Shown here one piece after another: positions 9,380 through 19,350 of a DNA stretch of 31,573 nucleotides. Every line of letters begins with the position of its first letter. Position 1 is the stretch's first letter. The notes under the pieces are model-generated. The model was not told the DNA's origin. It saw only the letters and a program-made list of their open reading frames with translations, and did not search any database. Position numbers and translations under genes: made by a program. The stretch spans positions 1 through 31,573 of the forward strand of contig DRGV01000054.1 in assembly GCA_011049955.1 (NCBI GenBank), in the 5' to 3' direction. Source of the DNA: a bacterium (lineage in GTDB: Bacteria; UBP18; UBA7526).

Positions 9380-10789
9380 CTAATCCGTGCTTTGGGACCA
9401 AAGATAAGGATTTGGTTTCACAATGGACCTCTCCTTTCCGGAGGAGAGTATTTGTTCCCCAATACCATCGATATTCATAATCCAGAAATAATAGTCTGTG
9501 CCTTCTATGGTCCAGAAAGCAAGATGTCTTCCATCGGAAGAGAATACCGGGCGTTCTAAAACTATTTTCGCTCTCGTCAACGACACTTGATTCTTTCCTT
9601 CCCCATTCATCATCCAGAGATCGTTGCTATTCTTCTCCTCATCCGATTTAGTAAAAACGATCTTCTCTCCATCCGATGACCAGGAAGGATAATTACTATT
9701 GCTTCCTTCTGTTAATTGTCTAAGGTCGCTACCATCCGTATTAACTATCCAGATATTATAGTTTGAGAGAAAAATAATTTTTGCCCCTTCTGGAGAAAAG
9801 GAAAATTTATCCTCGTTAAGTTCTATGTCCCCGCTCACTCTCTTCTTATTGCTTCCATCATTATCCATGGTATAGAGAGCGCCCTCTATGGCATAGGCAA
9901 TCTTTTTTCCATCTAAAGAAAACTTAAAGCCCCAGTCATTGCTCTCCCACCTATTCTTGGTCAGGGGTTTCTCTTCTTTTCCATCAGTGCCTGCCATCCA
10001 GATATCCAGGATCTTCCCCTTGCTCAGTCTATTATGAAGCAGATAATTACTATCTGGCGACCAGGCGAATGGAGACCCCAGACCAAGGCTGCTCTTCTTG
10101 GGATCCTCTGGGAAGAATATCTTGGTCTCTGTCCCCTTCTCAACATCTACTACCCGGATCTCCCCATCCTTGGAGAGGAAGGCCACCTTCCTTCCATCTG
10201 GAGAAGGCAGAGACTCATGAGAGACTACTGCTTTCCCCGTAGTCAGGGGTTTCTTGTCGCTACCGTCTCTATTCATAATCCAGAGGTCAGAATCCAGTTC
10301 AAAGATAATCTTCTCGTTTCCCTTTAACCACATGGGTTGGAAATAGTTTCCCGGGTCATGAGTTAGATTTTTTCTTCTACTTCCATCAGCATTCGCTATC
10401 CAGATATTATTTCTGTCAATATAAAGCACCTGATCTATGGTCTTAAAATAACTAATGATTAAGGGACTCCCTTTATTGTCCTTGATTGGGCTGCTTAGAG
10501 AAATGGTATAGATAGTAGAGGGAATCAGCTCTTTCGCAGGGCGAAAGACTAAGGTATTCTTTTCCCAATAAAATTCCCCCTTTATCTTAGGATTAATGAT
10601 AAAATTTTCCTCTACAGACTCCTCATCCATCTCTTTATTGAAGGTGACTCTGATTAGGGTATCGGTCTTTATTCCTCTATCTCCTTTAGCAGGAGAAATA
10701 GAGACTATCTCAGGTGGCTGCGCCCCGACTGGAAAAGTAACAAGTAGCAAGTAACAAGTAACAAGTAAAATAAGTTTGTAGTCTTTCAT
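9380..10789 (-). CDS. Secreted protein: Ig-like (SbsA/Big_5-type) domain plus TolB-like PD40 beta-propeller
   Basis: Signal peptide (VGA/QP), PEIVSISPA..VTFNKEMD Ig-like start, repeated WSPDG/FSPEG/WSSDG-KI.F and IW..N.DGS units. Confidence 0.82.
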   Translation of the reverse strand: MKDYKLILLVTCYLLLVTFPVGAQPPEIVSISPAKGDRGIKTDTLIRVTFNKEMDEESVEENFIINPKIKGEFYWEKNTLVFRPAKELIPSTIYTISLSSPIKDNKGSPLIISYFKTIDQVLYIDRNNIWIANADGSRRKNLTHDPGNYFQPMWLKGNEKIIFELDSDLWIMNRDGSDKKPLTTGKAVVSHESLPSPDGRKVAFLSKDGEIRVVDVEKGTETKIFFPEDPKKSSLGLGSPFAWSPDSNYLLHNRLSKGKILDIWMAGTDGKEEKPLTKNRWESNDWGFKFSLDGKKIAYAIEGALYTMDNDGSNKKRVSGDIELNEDKFSFSPEGAKIIFLSNYNIWIVNTDGSDLRQLTEGSNSNYPSWSSDGEKIVFTKSDEEKNSNDLWMMNGEGKNQVSLTRAKIVLERPVFSSDGRHLAFWTIEGTDYYFWIMNIDGIGEQILSSGKERSIVKPNPYLWSQSTD

Positions 10790-10849
10790 TTTTTTCTTTC
10801 CGTTAGTCTATCTGCGGTCATCTGCGTTTTGATCTGCGATAATCTGCGT

Positions 10850-12391
10850 TTAAAAGAGGGGATCCAGTTGATTAAGTAGGGATTGAGAGATCTTCTTTCC
10901 CGCTTTCTTCAAGGCCTTTTCTCCGGCCTCTTTCTTCGTGCGGCCGAACTCCTTTACTCTTCCTTCGCTCACCGAGGCTATTATTCTACCACTTTGGGCT
11001 TCCATCACCTTTAGGGAGACGCTTGCTCGACAACCGGGAGCAAACTCTATCTCCTTTCCATACATAGGGATGGTGCTTCCCAAGAACTCTGTTCGCGCCT
11101 GGCCAATAACTAAAACATCAAAGCCTAATTCTCTGCCCAGGTTTTGGATGAGGGTTTTGTTCCCTTTAAGAATTTTTCTTGCCTGGCTATCTGTAATCTC
11201 TCCCTTCCTCTTGAGCTGGTAATCGTCATCAATGAGTCCCCCCTCTATCTCTCCCTGAACCAGAGAAGGAGTAACTCTTTCTCTTAAGTTCCTCTCAATA
11301 ACCTTGATAAAGAAGACCTTCTTCTCTCTGGGAAGATAGGAGTTGAAGGTATATCTCTCCTTGAGGCTGGCTAACTTCAAAAGGGTCTTATCTATCTCCT
11401 CATCCTTCTTCTTGCCCAGGAGTCTTCTAATATCTATCTTCCCTTCAACTATATTTGGCTTAAGGGAAGAGTCAACCCGCCATACCCTACAACTTGCCAC
11501 ACCATTATTGTTCGTTCTTGTCAGAGTTTTTAGGCTTCCTTTTCCTTTCACAAATTCAAAGGTTACCGGAAGACCTCTCACTAGAATAGATTTCTCTTTT
11601 TCCTGATAACTGACCTTCAAAGTGAGGGGCTTTTTAAGAGGTTTTTTAACTATAGCCTCTTGACCGCTTCCTCTTCCTTCAGTCTTTATCTTAGATGTTA
11701 TTTCCTCTAAATCGCTTCTTATATCGGCCTTGAGGGTCTCATTATTTATCTCTGGTGAAATCTCCACCAGGATACTTACTCGGGATAGAAAGTCCAGGGC
11801 CCTGGCATATTGAGAGATGCTTTCTCTTATCCTTCCCTGGGCCAGAGCTCTCTCGGCATTCTGAGAAAGAGCAAGGGCCCCTTTGGTTAACTCTATGGCC
11901 TTCTTTCTCTGGGTTGCTTTTTCTTTTTCTAACTCTTTTATGGGGTATTTTATTAAGACATAGACATCGTAACTGAACTGGATCTTATCCTTTGTGGTGC
12001 TCTGCCACTTCTCATAGTACATCTCCTGCAGTTTTGCTGCCCGGACAGCGGCCGCCCCTTTAAACTTAACCTGATCCAATAACTGGGTCTCTATCTCTGT
12101 TCTCTTCTTTTCATAGAGGATGATTCCTTCCTGGCCAAAGTACTCTACAATCTTGCGCGCTGCATTCTTTACCGCATCGCTCTCCCCATCCTCTAATCGC
12201 CGGGCTTGGGTGCGCATCCCACTGAAGTAGAGATACTTATCATCCGCCTTCTTCTCCTTTGTCACCCAGGAAGGCTTCTTCTTCTGGGACCTCTCAACCA
12301 GCTTCCATCCTGGCCGCAAAGGCAATAGAGCACACCCACTAATCAAAGAGATAACTAATATCCCAATAGTAACTTTAAAGAATGAATGCAT
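10850..12391 (-). CDS. Large lipoprotein: LPP20-like domain, helical region, Ig-like domain and a C-terminal CsgG/FlgT-middle-like domain
   Basis: Lipobox LISG-C, KPSWV..YFSG..A..NAARKIVE, LVRGLPVTFEF..TNNNGVAS, DVLVIGQA..SLKVMEAQSGRIIAS. Start uncertain (12391 or 12433). Confidence 0.65.
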   Translation of the reverse strand: MHSFFKVTIGILVISLISGCALLPLRPGWKLVERSQKKKPSWVTKEKKADDKYLYFSGMRTQARRLEDGESDAVKNAARKIVEYFGQEGIILYEKKRTEIETQLLDQVKFKGAAAVRAAKLQEMYYEKWQSTTKDKIQFSYDVYVLIKYPIKELEKEKATQRKKAIELTKGALALSQNAERALAQGRIRESISQYARALDFLSRVSILVEISPEINNETLKADIRSDLEEITSKIKTEGRGSGQEAIVKKPLKKPLTLKVSYQEKEKSILVRGLPVTFEFVKGKGSLKTLTRTNNNGVASCRVWRVDSSLKPNIVEGKIDIRRLLGKKKDEEIDKTLLKLASLKERYTFNSYLPREKKVFFIKVIERNLRERVTPSLVQGEIEGGLIDDDYQLKRKGEITDSQARKILKGNKTLIQNLGRELGFDVLVIGQARTEFLGSTIPMYGKEIEFAPGCRASVSLKVMEAQSGRIIASVSEGRVKEFGRTKKEAGEKALKKAGKKISQSLLNQLDPLF

Positions 12392-12439
12392 ATTATTTCT
12401 GAGTGGTAGCAAAGAAACAAGGTTTTTGAGCATTAGCGA

Positions 12440-12570
12440 AAGGCCTCCTTATACTCCAGCCATAAGCTTCAAGCCGCAGGTTCACCCCGTTGGAAACAAA
12501 GCTTTCAACGGGGCAAGAGCCCAAGCTCTTTATAGCCTGAAGCCTGTAACCTGCGGCCTATATAGCTTTT
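12440..12570. repeat. Nested palindromic element
   Basis: ccgcaggtt (12474-12482) pairs with aacctgcgg (12548-12556), enclosing ccccgttg..caacgggg (12485-12513) and aagagc..gctctt. Confidence 0.8.
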
Positions 12571-12571
12571 A

Positions 12572-13189
12572 CTATTCTGCCTCGAACCTGGTCTGCATGA
12601 CCCTCTCTCTCATCTTGTCCAGGAACTCTTCTGCCTTCTTGTTCTTCATGGCTCTGGCTTTCGCCTTCTGGCGATTGATGACCTGGCTAGCTATCCTGCG
12701 ATAATCCTGTTCAGAGATGGTCATCAGAATGTAGCAGTTGTAGAAGTAGGTGACACCTTCAGGAACAACCTCCTCCACCTTCTCGTAGTAGAGCTCTTTT
12801 TCCTTCACTCCTTGAATCATGGCATCGGAGAGCATGATGAGACCGTCCCGGATTACGGTGCCGATATCCTTATCATCCATGGGAATGCCATACTCCAGCC
12901 GGGCATTCTCATAATCCACATTGGCCTTGGTCTCTACCATCTCCGCTACCTGGCGGGCAGCATGCATCCTGGAATCTGTCAGACCACCATCCAGATTGGG
13001 AGCCCTGGTCTTTATTCCCCTGAAGAACATCATCCCCTTCTTTGCCTTGGGGATCACTGTGATCCAGTTTGGTCGAGAGCCACTAGTCTCCACCACCTTC
13101 TGGTGCCCGATGGGTAGCCTCTTGGCACAGCCAACGATGAGGCCTATGGAAACCAGAAGCAGAATCAGTAGAATTAATACCTTCTTCAT
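12572..13189 (-). CDS. LPP20-like lipoprotein
   Basis: Lipobox LIVG-C, RPNWI, AARQVAE, LYYEKV..YNCYILM. RBS gaggtg. Paralogous to the N-terminus of the downstream gene. Confidence 0.7.
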   Translation of the reverse strand: MKKVLILLILLLVSIGLIVGCAKRLPIGHQKVVETSGSRPNWITVIPKAKKGMMFFRGIKTRAPNLDGGLTDSRMHAARQVAEMVETKANVDYENARLEYGIPMDDKDIGTVIRDGLIMLSDAMIQGVKEKELYYEKVEEVVPEGVTYFYNCYILMTISEQDYRRIASQVINRQKAKARAMKNKKAEEFLDKMRERVMQTRFEAE

Positions 13190-13243
13190 CTTCTATCTCA
13201 CCTCCCCTCTATACACGGATTTTTTGTCCCTTATCAACGTATC

Positions 13244-13273
13244 TCCGCCAGAGGCGAATCCGCCTCTGGCGGA
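13244..13273. repeat. REP-like perfect hairpin
   Basis: tccgccagaggcg-aatc-cgcctctggcgga: 13-bp stem. Confidence 0.9.
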
Positions 13274-13284
13274 AACTTATCAAC

Positions 13285-13610
13285 CAACTGATTAACTGGC
13301 AAACTGGCTAACTGGTCAACTACTAAATATATGTTACCACAAATTCTTTAAAATATCAATCTCAAATCTAACTTTTGCAAATTTGCCGTTTATCGTTAAT
13401 AAAAGTTTGTCGTTGTTGATGCGCGTAACGATGCTCGTTGTAGAAACTCGATGCTTGATTTTCTTCCCTTTCTTTAGCACAATCCAGCGTCGAGCTTCCA
13501 GATTCAAGCCTCGATACGAGTTTCGAAAACGTTAAATCTGTTTCTATACCTTTTTCTCACCTGCTCACTTTCCCACTTTCTCTGATTCCCTGATATCCTG
13601 ATAACCTGAC
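13285..13610. repeat. Intergenic repeat stack (aactgg; ctcgat/tcgag hairpin; tttcccac; cctgat)
   Basis: aactggcaaactggctaactggt; aaactcgat ... acgagttt; 30-mer at 13553-13582. Confidence 0.75.
13331..13360 (-). promoter_or_regulatory. Possible promoter for the LPP20 genes
   Basis: Minus strand TTGATA-N18-TAACAT with a TG extension. Confidence 0.4.
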
Positions 13611-14864
13611 CTAATCTCCTCCCCTCTTCCTCACCTTATCCTTAACCTTTATCTTATTCTCCGGGTCCTCCTTTATTACTTCAGCAATGGACATCTTCTC
13701 CGAAACTTTATTCACCTTAATCTTACCTATTCTTTCCTCCTCTGTCCCAATCACCTCATCCGTTACCGGATGTTTTATGGCCACTTCCCGATAGACGATG
13801 AAGACTTCTCCTACACCTACTTCGTGCTTCTTGCCCAGGTCAATATAGACCATATCACCCTTTCTTCTAATGACCATCTTCAAAGAGCCGGTAGCCAGAT
13901 ACTCCCCACGGGCTTTATCGTGGGCCTTCTTTAAATCCACTAAATTCTTCTTATATCTCTTCTCCTTGGGATCTAACTTACTTGCCTTTTGGTATTCTCT
14001 TCTCGCCTTAGCGACCTCCCCCTTCCTCTCATGGGCAATCCCTAAGTTATTATGAGCCCAGGCATTCTTGGGGTCCTTCTCCAGGGCCTTCTGCCACTCC
14101 CCAATGGCCGCATCCCACATCCCCATCTTGGCAAATCTCACCCCTTGCTTGGTATAGAAAGAGTCCTTCCCCTTCTCCAGTTTCCTTTTCTTGTTTATAT
14201 AATGAGGGGAGACCTCGCTCACAAACCGGGAGGTTACTTTCCTTAGAAGATCATTTAAGATGGAGCCATCTGAGGGGAGTTTAAAGAAGGCGCTATCGTA
14301 ACGCTTCTTATTGAAATCCTTTAAGATAGATTTTGCTGCAATTACTCTTCCCGTCTCAATATTTATCATCCGATAACTTACCGCCACACTTCCACTCTTC
14401 ATGGTATAGTTACGGTAGATGGGAGGAATATAGATCCCACTTTCTTTATCATAATATCCTGGGGTAGCTAAGGTTCGACCCCTAATCGTCTCTACATCAT
14501 ATCCCGAGACCGTCCCAAAGATTACCGCATCTACTCCTAATATCTGCCCCATCCTCCTAATAGTGGCATCGGAGACCATTCCTGAGAGATTGAACCTATG
14601 CTCTTGCACCACCTCATCAATCCTCTGTCTCTCTACAATCTCATAGAATCCGGGCTCTAAGAGACCGGAGACAAGTAAGTCAGAAGCTGCCCTCCCCGAT
14701 TCCGGACGACCACCATAGCTCTTGAAGTCCAGAATAGCAACCCTCTTTACTCCCCTGATGTCCCTATAGGCCCTATCCAGCCTCTGGAACCTTACCTTGG
14801 TTGTGGCACATCCCATAAGAAAGAGAACTAGAATCAGCGAACCAATCAATAATCTTCTCTTCAT
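13611..14864 (-). CDS. CsgG/HfaB-like lipoprotein with TPR repeats and a FlgT-C-like C-terminal domain
   Basis: Lipobox FLMG-C, RVAILDF..FYEIVERQRIDEV..GQILGVDAVIFGTV, AHNNLGIAH (TPR), VYIDLG..GEVFIVYRE..HPVTDEVIG. Confidence 0.75.
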   Translation of the reverse strand: MKRRLLIGSLILVLFLMGCATTKVRFQRLDRAYRDIRGVKRVAILDFKSYGGRPESGRAASDLLVSGLLEPGFYEIVERQRIDEVVQEHRFNLSGMVSDATIRRMGQILGVDAVIFGTVSGYDVETIRGRTLATPGYYDKESGIYIPPIYRNYTMKSGSVAVSYRMINIETGRVIAAKSILKDFNKKRYDSAFFKLPSDGSILNDLLRKVTSRFVSEVSPHYINKKRKLEKGKDSFYTKQGVRFAKMGMWDAAIGEWQKALEKDPKNAWAHNNLGIAHERKGEVAKARREYQKASKLDPKEKRYKKNLVDLKKAHDKARGEYLATGSLKMVIRRKGDMVYIDLGKKHEVGVGEVFIVYREVAIKHPVTDEVIGTEEERIGKIKVNKVSEKMSIAEVIKEDPENKIKVKDKVRKRGGD

Positions 14865-14904
14865 AAATCACCACTTAAAATCCTACAATAATTTCTCTGA
14901 AAAG

Positions 14905-16407
14905 TCAAAGTTCTTCCTTTAATAGTTTATTGACTATCTGAGGATTGGCTCTTCCCTTTGTCTCCTTCATCACTTGACCAACTAGATAGCCTAAGGCCTT
15001 CTCCTTCCCTTTCTTATAATCCTCAACTACCCTGGGGTTCTCTTTCAATATCTTATCAACTATCTTAGTAAGTGCTTCTTCATCGCTTATCTGAACCAGG
15101 CTCCTCTTCTTTATAATCCAGGAGGCCTTCTCTCCTGTCTCAAACATTTCAACAAAAACCTCCTTAGCCATCTTTCTTGAGAGAATCCCCTTATCTATCA
15201 GGGTCATCATCTCTGCTAATGCTTGAGGTCTGGCCTTACACTCTTCTATTCCAATATTCCCCTCCTTCAATTCCCTCAATAGTTCACTCATTATCCAATT
15301 AGCAATTTCCTTATTGAACTTGCGACCTGCGACCGGCGACCTGCGATCTGCGACCGGCGACCTGCGAGCTGCTTCTATGCATTCCTCATAATAATCTGCC
15401 AACTCCTTAGAAGAAGTCAAAATCCCAGCATCATAATCTGGAATCTTGTAATCCCTTGAAAAGCGTGCCTTTCTCGCCTCTGGCAATTCAGGGAGACTCT
15501 TTCTGATTCTCTCAGTCCATTCTCTATCAATCTCCATAAGAACTAAGTCTGGCTCGGGAAAGTATCTATAATCGTGAGCCTCTTCCTTGGTCCTCATAGA
15601 AATAGTAATCTCCTTATTCTCATCCCAGAGCCTGGTTTCCTGAACGATTCTTTTCCCTTCTTCTAATGCTTTAATCTGTCTACGCATCTCATATTCTAAG
15701 GCTTTCTCCACTGCCTTGAAGGAGTTCATATTCTTAATCTCCACCTTCACACCCAGTTCTTTCCCCGTTTCCCCGTTTCCCCGTTTCCCCGTTTCTTCTT
15801 TTGACGGTCTGACGGAAATATTAGCATCACACCTCAAAGACCCCTCTTCCATATTGCAATCACTGACCCCAATATACTGCAGGATACTCTTTAAAATCGC
15901 TAAAAACTCACGGGCCTCTCTAGGACTTTTAATATCCGGTTCAGTGACGATCTCAATTAGGGGGACGCCGCATCTATTGAAATCGATTAAGGTAGAATCT
16001 TTTACTTCCTCATGTAATAACTTCCCGGCATCCTCTTCCAGATGAACCCTGGTAATTCTGATTTTCTTTAATTTTCCATCGGTAATAATATCTACAAAGC
16101 CTTTACTGGAAAGGGGCTCCTCATACTGCGATATCTGATAACTCTTGGGTAGGTCAGGATAGAAGTAGTTCTTCCGAGCAAAGATGGATTCTTTCGCAAT
16201 CCGACAGTCGAGAGCTAAGGCAGCCTTAATAGCATACTCCAGGGCGGTCTTGTTCAAAACAGGCAAAACACCAGGAAGCCCCAGGCATACCGGACAGACC
16301 TGAGAATTAGGAAGCGCCCCGAACTCTGTGGAACAGGAACAGAATATCTTAGACTTCGTCTTCAGTTGAACATGAACCTCTAAGCCGATAATGGCTTCGT
16401 ACCCCAT
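14905..16407 (-). CDS. gatB: Asp/Glu-tRNA amidotransferase subunit B
   Basis: [68 protein letters not shown]. Confidence 0.98.
   Translation of the reverse strand: MGYEAIIGLEVHVQLKTKSKIFCSCSTEFGALPNSQVCPVCLGLPGVLPVLNKTALEYAIKAALALDCRIAKESIFARKNYFYPDLPKSYQISQYEEPLSSKGFVDIITDGKLKKIRITRVHLEEDAGKLLHEEVKDSTLIDFNRCGVPLIEIVTEPDIKSPREAREFLAILKSILQYIGVSDCNMEEGSLRCDANISVRPSKEETGKRGNGETGKELGVKVEIKNMNSFKAVEKALEYEMRRQIKALEEGKRIVQETRLWDENKEITISMRTKEEAHDYRYFPEPDLVLMEIDREWTERIRKSLPELPEARKARFSRDYKIPDYDAGILTSSKELADYYEECIEAARRSPVADRRSPVAGRKFNKEIANWIMSELLRELKEGNIGIEECKARPQALAEMMTLIDKGILSRKMAKEVFVEMFETGEKASWIIKKRSLVQISDEEALTKIVDKILKENPRVVEDYKKGKEKALGYLVGQVMKETKGRANPQIVNKLLKEEL
15320..15368. repeat. (c[t/g]gcga[c/t])x7 in frame in gatB
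   Basis: Seven heptamers encoding [16 protein letters not shown]. Confidence 0.92.
15761..15792. repeat. (ttccccgt)x4 in frame in gatB
   Basis: Perfect octamer array encoding [12 protein letters not shown]. Confidence 0.92.
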
Positions 16408-16430
16408 TACTAACTCCTTAAAATTTTTTC

Positions 16431-16459
16431 TTGCAACTGATTTAAAAATGTGCTAATAT
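16431..16459 (+). promoter_or_regulatory. Probable glnA promoter
   Basis: TTGCAA-N17-TAATAT with a TG extension. RBS aggagg follows before the ATG at 16493. Confidence 0.5.
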
Positions 16460-16492
16460 GTAATAAGCCTTGTATCATATTAGGAGGAGAAG

Positions 16493-17821
16493 ATGAAGTG
16501 TAAGGATGCCAGCGAAGTATTAAAGGTAGTCCGGGAGAAGAAAGTAAAGTTTGTCCAGCTATGGTTTACCGATATCCTGGGCTTCTTAAAAACCGTCTCC
16601 ATTACCATCCGGGAGCTACCCGAGGCCCTGGAAAGCGGAACAGGATTCGATGGTTCTTCTATTGAGGGCTTTGCCCGGATTGAAGAGAGCGACATGATAG
16701 CTAAGCCGGATCCCACTACCTTCCAGATCCTTCCCTGGAGACCTTCTCGCCAAGTGGTGGGACGAATGTTCTGTGACATCCTGACACCAGAAGGTACCCC
16801 TTACGAGGGTGACCCCCGTTATGTATTAAAAAGGAATCTGGAGAAGGCCAGAAAGAAAGGTTTTATCTGTTACCTGGGACCGGAATTAGAATATTTCTAT
16901 TTTAAAAATGCAAAAGGTATCGAGCTGCTGGACCGTGCCGGCTATTTCGACCTCACCCCGGCAGATATGGCTAAGGATTTGCGTAGTAAAACCGTAACCA
17001 CTCTGGAGGAGATGGGTATCCCCATGGAATGTAGTCATCATGAGGTAGCTCCTAGTCAGCATGAACTGGATTTCAAATTTCAGGAAGCCCTAATCACTGC
17101 TGATAACGTAATAACCTACCGCTTGGTCACTAAAGAAGTGGCCCGCCGGCAGGGAGTATATGCCACCTTTATGCCTAAACCCATCTCTGGGATAAATGGA
17201 AGTGGAATGCATGTCCATCAATCACTCTTCAAGGGCAAAAGGAATGCCTTCTTCAACCCCAAAGATAAATATCACCTCTCTAAAGTGGGAAAGAAATTCC
17301 TGGCCGGCTTGCTGCGCCACTCCCGGGAAATTACCTCTATTACCAATCAGTGGGTCAATTCCTATAAAAGGCTCATTCCCGGTTATGAGGCTCCAGTCTA
17401 TATCTGCTGGGGACAACGCAATCGCTCTGCTTTAGTAAGAGTGCCCCATTACAAGCCTGGAAAGGAAATAGCTACTCGGTTAGAGTTACGCTCTCCCGAT
17501 CCCGCCTGCAACCCTTATCTTGCTTTCAGTGTCATGCTGGCTGCAGGACTAAGAGGCATAGAAAGAAATTACAAGTTAATGTCCTCCGTAGAAAGAGACG
17601 TCTACGATATGAATAGTGCAGAGAGAGCCAAGCTGGGTATAGAATCCCTCCCAGAAGACCTTCACGAAGCGATTACTGAAACAGAAAAGAGTTCCTTGGT
17701 AAAAGAGGCTTTAGGAAAACATATCTTTCAACAATTTATTGCCAATAAAAAGATTCAGTGGGATGAATATTGCCGCCAGGTCACCCAGTACGAACTGAAG
17801 CGATATTTACCCATCCTTTAA
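16493..17821 (+). CDS. glnA: Glutamine synthetase type I (short, about 440-aa form)
   Basis: FDGSSIEGF, GPELEYFYF, HHEVAPSQHE, FMPKPISGINGSGMHVHQSL, PGYEAP, NRSALVRVP, ELRSPDPACNPYLAF. Confidence 0.97.
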   Translation: MKCKDASEVLKVVREKKVKFVQLWFTDILGFLKTVSITIRELPEALESGTGFDGSSIEGFARIEESDMIAKPDPTTFQILPWRPSRQVVGRMFCDILTPEGTPYEGDPRYVLKRNLEKARKKGFICYLGPELEYFYFKNAKGIELLDRAGYFDLTPADMAKDLRSKTVTTLEEMGIPMECSHHEVAPSQHELDFKFQEALITADNVITYRLVTKEVARRQGVYATFMPKPISGINGSGMHVHQSLFKGKRNAFFNPKDKYHLSKVGKKFLAGLLRHSREITSITNQWVNSYKRLIPGYEAPVYICWGQRNRSALVRVPHYKPGKEIATRLELRSPDPACNPYLAFSVMLAAGLRGIERNYKLMSSVERDVYDMNSAERAKLGIESLPEDLHEAITETEKSSLVKEALGKHIFQQFIANKKIQWDEYCRQVTQYELKRYLPIL

Positions 17822-17842
17822 ATTCTTTTAGAATTTCTTTTT

Positions 17843-17872
17843 AAAAGGGCGCGCCCTTGCGCGCCCTTTTTT
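17843..17872. terminator. Bidirectional terminator between glnA and gatA
   Basis: aaaagggcgcgc-cctt-gcgcgccctttttt: 12-bp stem. Confidence 0.88.
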
Positions 17873-17873
17873 A

Positions 17874-19340
17874 TTATATCCTAGGCTTCCGCTTATGCCA
17901 GTCCGTATGTTGTTCGTAGGTATGGGCAACTCTAAGGATGGTCTCTTCAGCAAAGGGCTTGGTTAATATCTGCAGTCCTATGGGAAGATCCGCTTTTGTG
18001 AAACCACAGGGGATGGAGATTCCCGGGATCCCGGCTAAGTTAGTAGAGATGGTAAAGATATCAGAGAGATACATCTTCAGAGGATCATCGATCTTCTCCC
18101 CAATCTTAAAGGACGGGGTGGGACTGGTCGGAGTAATGAGGCAGTCGCATTTCTCAAAGGCCTTATCAATATCCTCCTTGACCAATGTTCTCACCTTCTG
18201 GGCCTTGAGGTAATAGGCATCATAATAGCCGGCAGATAGAGCATAGGTCCCCAACATTATCCTCCTCTTTACTTCATCCCCAAACCCTTCCCCTCTTGTT
18301 TCCTCATACATTTCTATCAACGACCTGTGACCTGCGACCTGCGACCTGCGACCATATTTCACTCCCTCATACCTTGCTAAATTGGAAGAGGCCTCGGCAG
18401 TAGCGAGCAGATAATAGACGGCAACCGCATACTCCGTATGAGGTAAAGAGATCTCCTCTATCTTCGCACCTAACTTCTCCAATAACCTTATGGCATCCTT
18501 TACAGATTTCTCTACCTCTTCATCCATTCCCTTGACAAAATACTCCTTAGGGACGCCGATTCTTACTTCTTTAATATCGTTTATTAAGGATTTTGTATAA
18601 TCTGGAACAGGATAGTCGCAAGAAGTAGAGTCCCTCTCATCGTAACCGCTTATGAGATTCATTAGCAATGCACAATCTCTAATATCCTTTGTTAGTGGAC
18701 CGATTTGATCTAAAGAAGAAGCAAAGGCCACTAGCCCATATCTCGATACCCTTCCATAGGTTGGCTTCAGACCCACTACTCCGCAGAGACTGGCCGGCTG
18801 TCTAATGGAGCCGCCGGTATCGCTCCCCAAGGCGAGGATGGCCTCGTCACTGGCTATCGCTGCTGCCGAACCACCGCTCGAGCCTCCGGGAATGGTCTCT
18901 AAATTCCAGGGGTTGTGGGTAATCTTAAAGGCAGAGTTTTCTGTGGAAGAGCCCATGGCAAACTCATCCATATTTGTCTTCCCAATAAATACTAAATCGT
19001 TCTCTTTTAATCTTTTAATTACTGTGGCATCATAAGGGGATTTAAAGTTCTCCAATATCTTTGAAGAGCAGGTAGTCAAAACTCCATCGATACACATGTT
19101 ATCCTTGATGGCTATGGGCACTCCGGCCAATGGAGAAATCTTCTCTTTCTTCCTTATTTTCTCATCAACCAACCTTGCCTGTTTCAGAGCCTCATCCTTT
19201 ATCAAAGTAACAAAAGAGTTAATCGTTTTTTCTACCTTCTCTATCCTCTTAAAGACGCTCTTCGTCACTTCCTCAGAAGAAACCTCCCCCTTCTTAATCA
19301 ACTCCCCTATCTCATGCGCCGTCAACTCATTCAGTTTCAC
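17874..19340 (-). CDS. gatA: Asp/Glu-tRNA amidotransferase subunit A
   Basis: [45 protein letters not shown] (amidase signature), [11 protein letters not shown]. Confidence 0.98.
   Translation of the reverse strand: MKLNELTAHEIGELIKKGEVSSEEVTKSVFKRIEKVEKTINSFVTLIKDEALKQARLVDEKIRKKEKISPLAGVPIAIKDNMCIDGVLTTCSSKILENFKSPYDATVIKRLKENDLVFIGKTNMDEFAMGSSTENSAFKITHNPWNLETIPGGSSGGSAAAIASDEAILALGSDTGGSIRQPASLCGVVGLKPTYGRVSRYGLVAFASSLDQIGPLTKDIRDCALLMNLISGYDERDSTSCDYPVPDYTKSLINDIKEVRIGVPKEYFVKGMDEEVEKSVKDAIRLLEKLGAKIEEISLPHTEYAVAVYYLLATAEASSNLARYEGVKYGRRSQVAGHRSLIEMYEETRGEGFGDEVKRRIMLGTYALSAGYYDAYYLKAQKVRTLVKEDIDKAFEKCDCLITPTSPTPSFKIGEKIDDPLKMYLSDIFTISTNLAGIPGISIPCGFTKADLPIGLQILTKPFAEETILRVAHTYEQHTDWHKRKPRI
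18318..18352. repeat. (ctgcgac)n in frame in gatA
   Basis: Three perfect units (18332-18352) plus two degenerate units, encoding [11 protein letters not shown]. Confidence 0.85.
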
Positions 19341-19350
19341 TTATTCTTCC

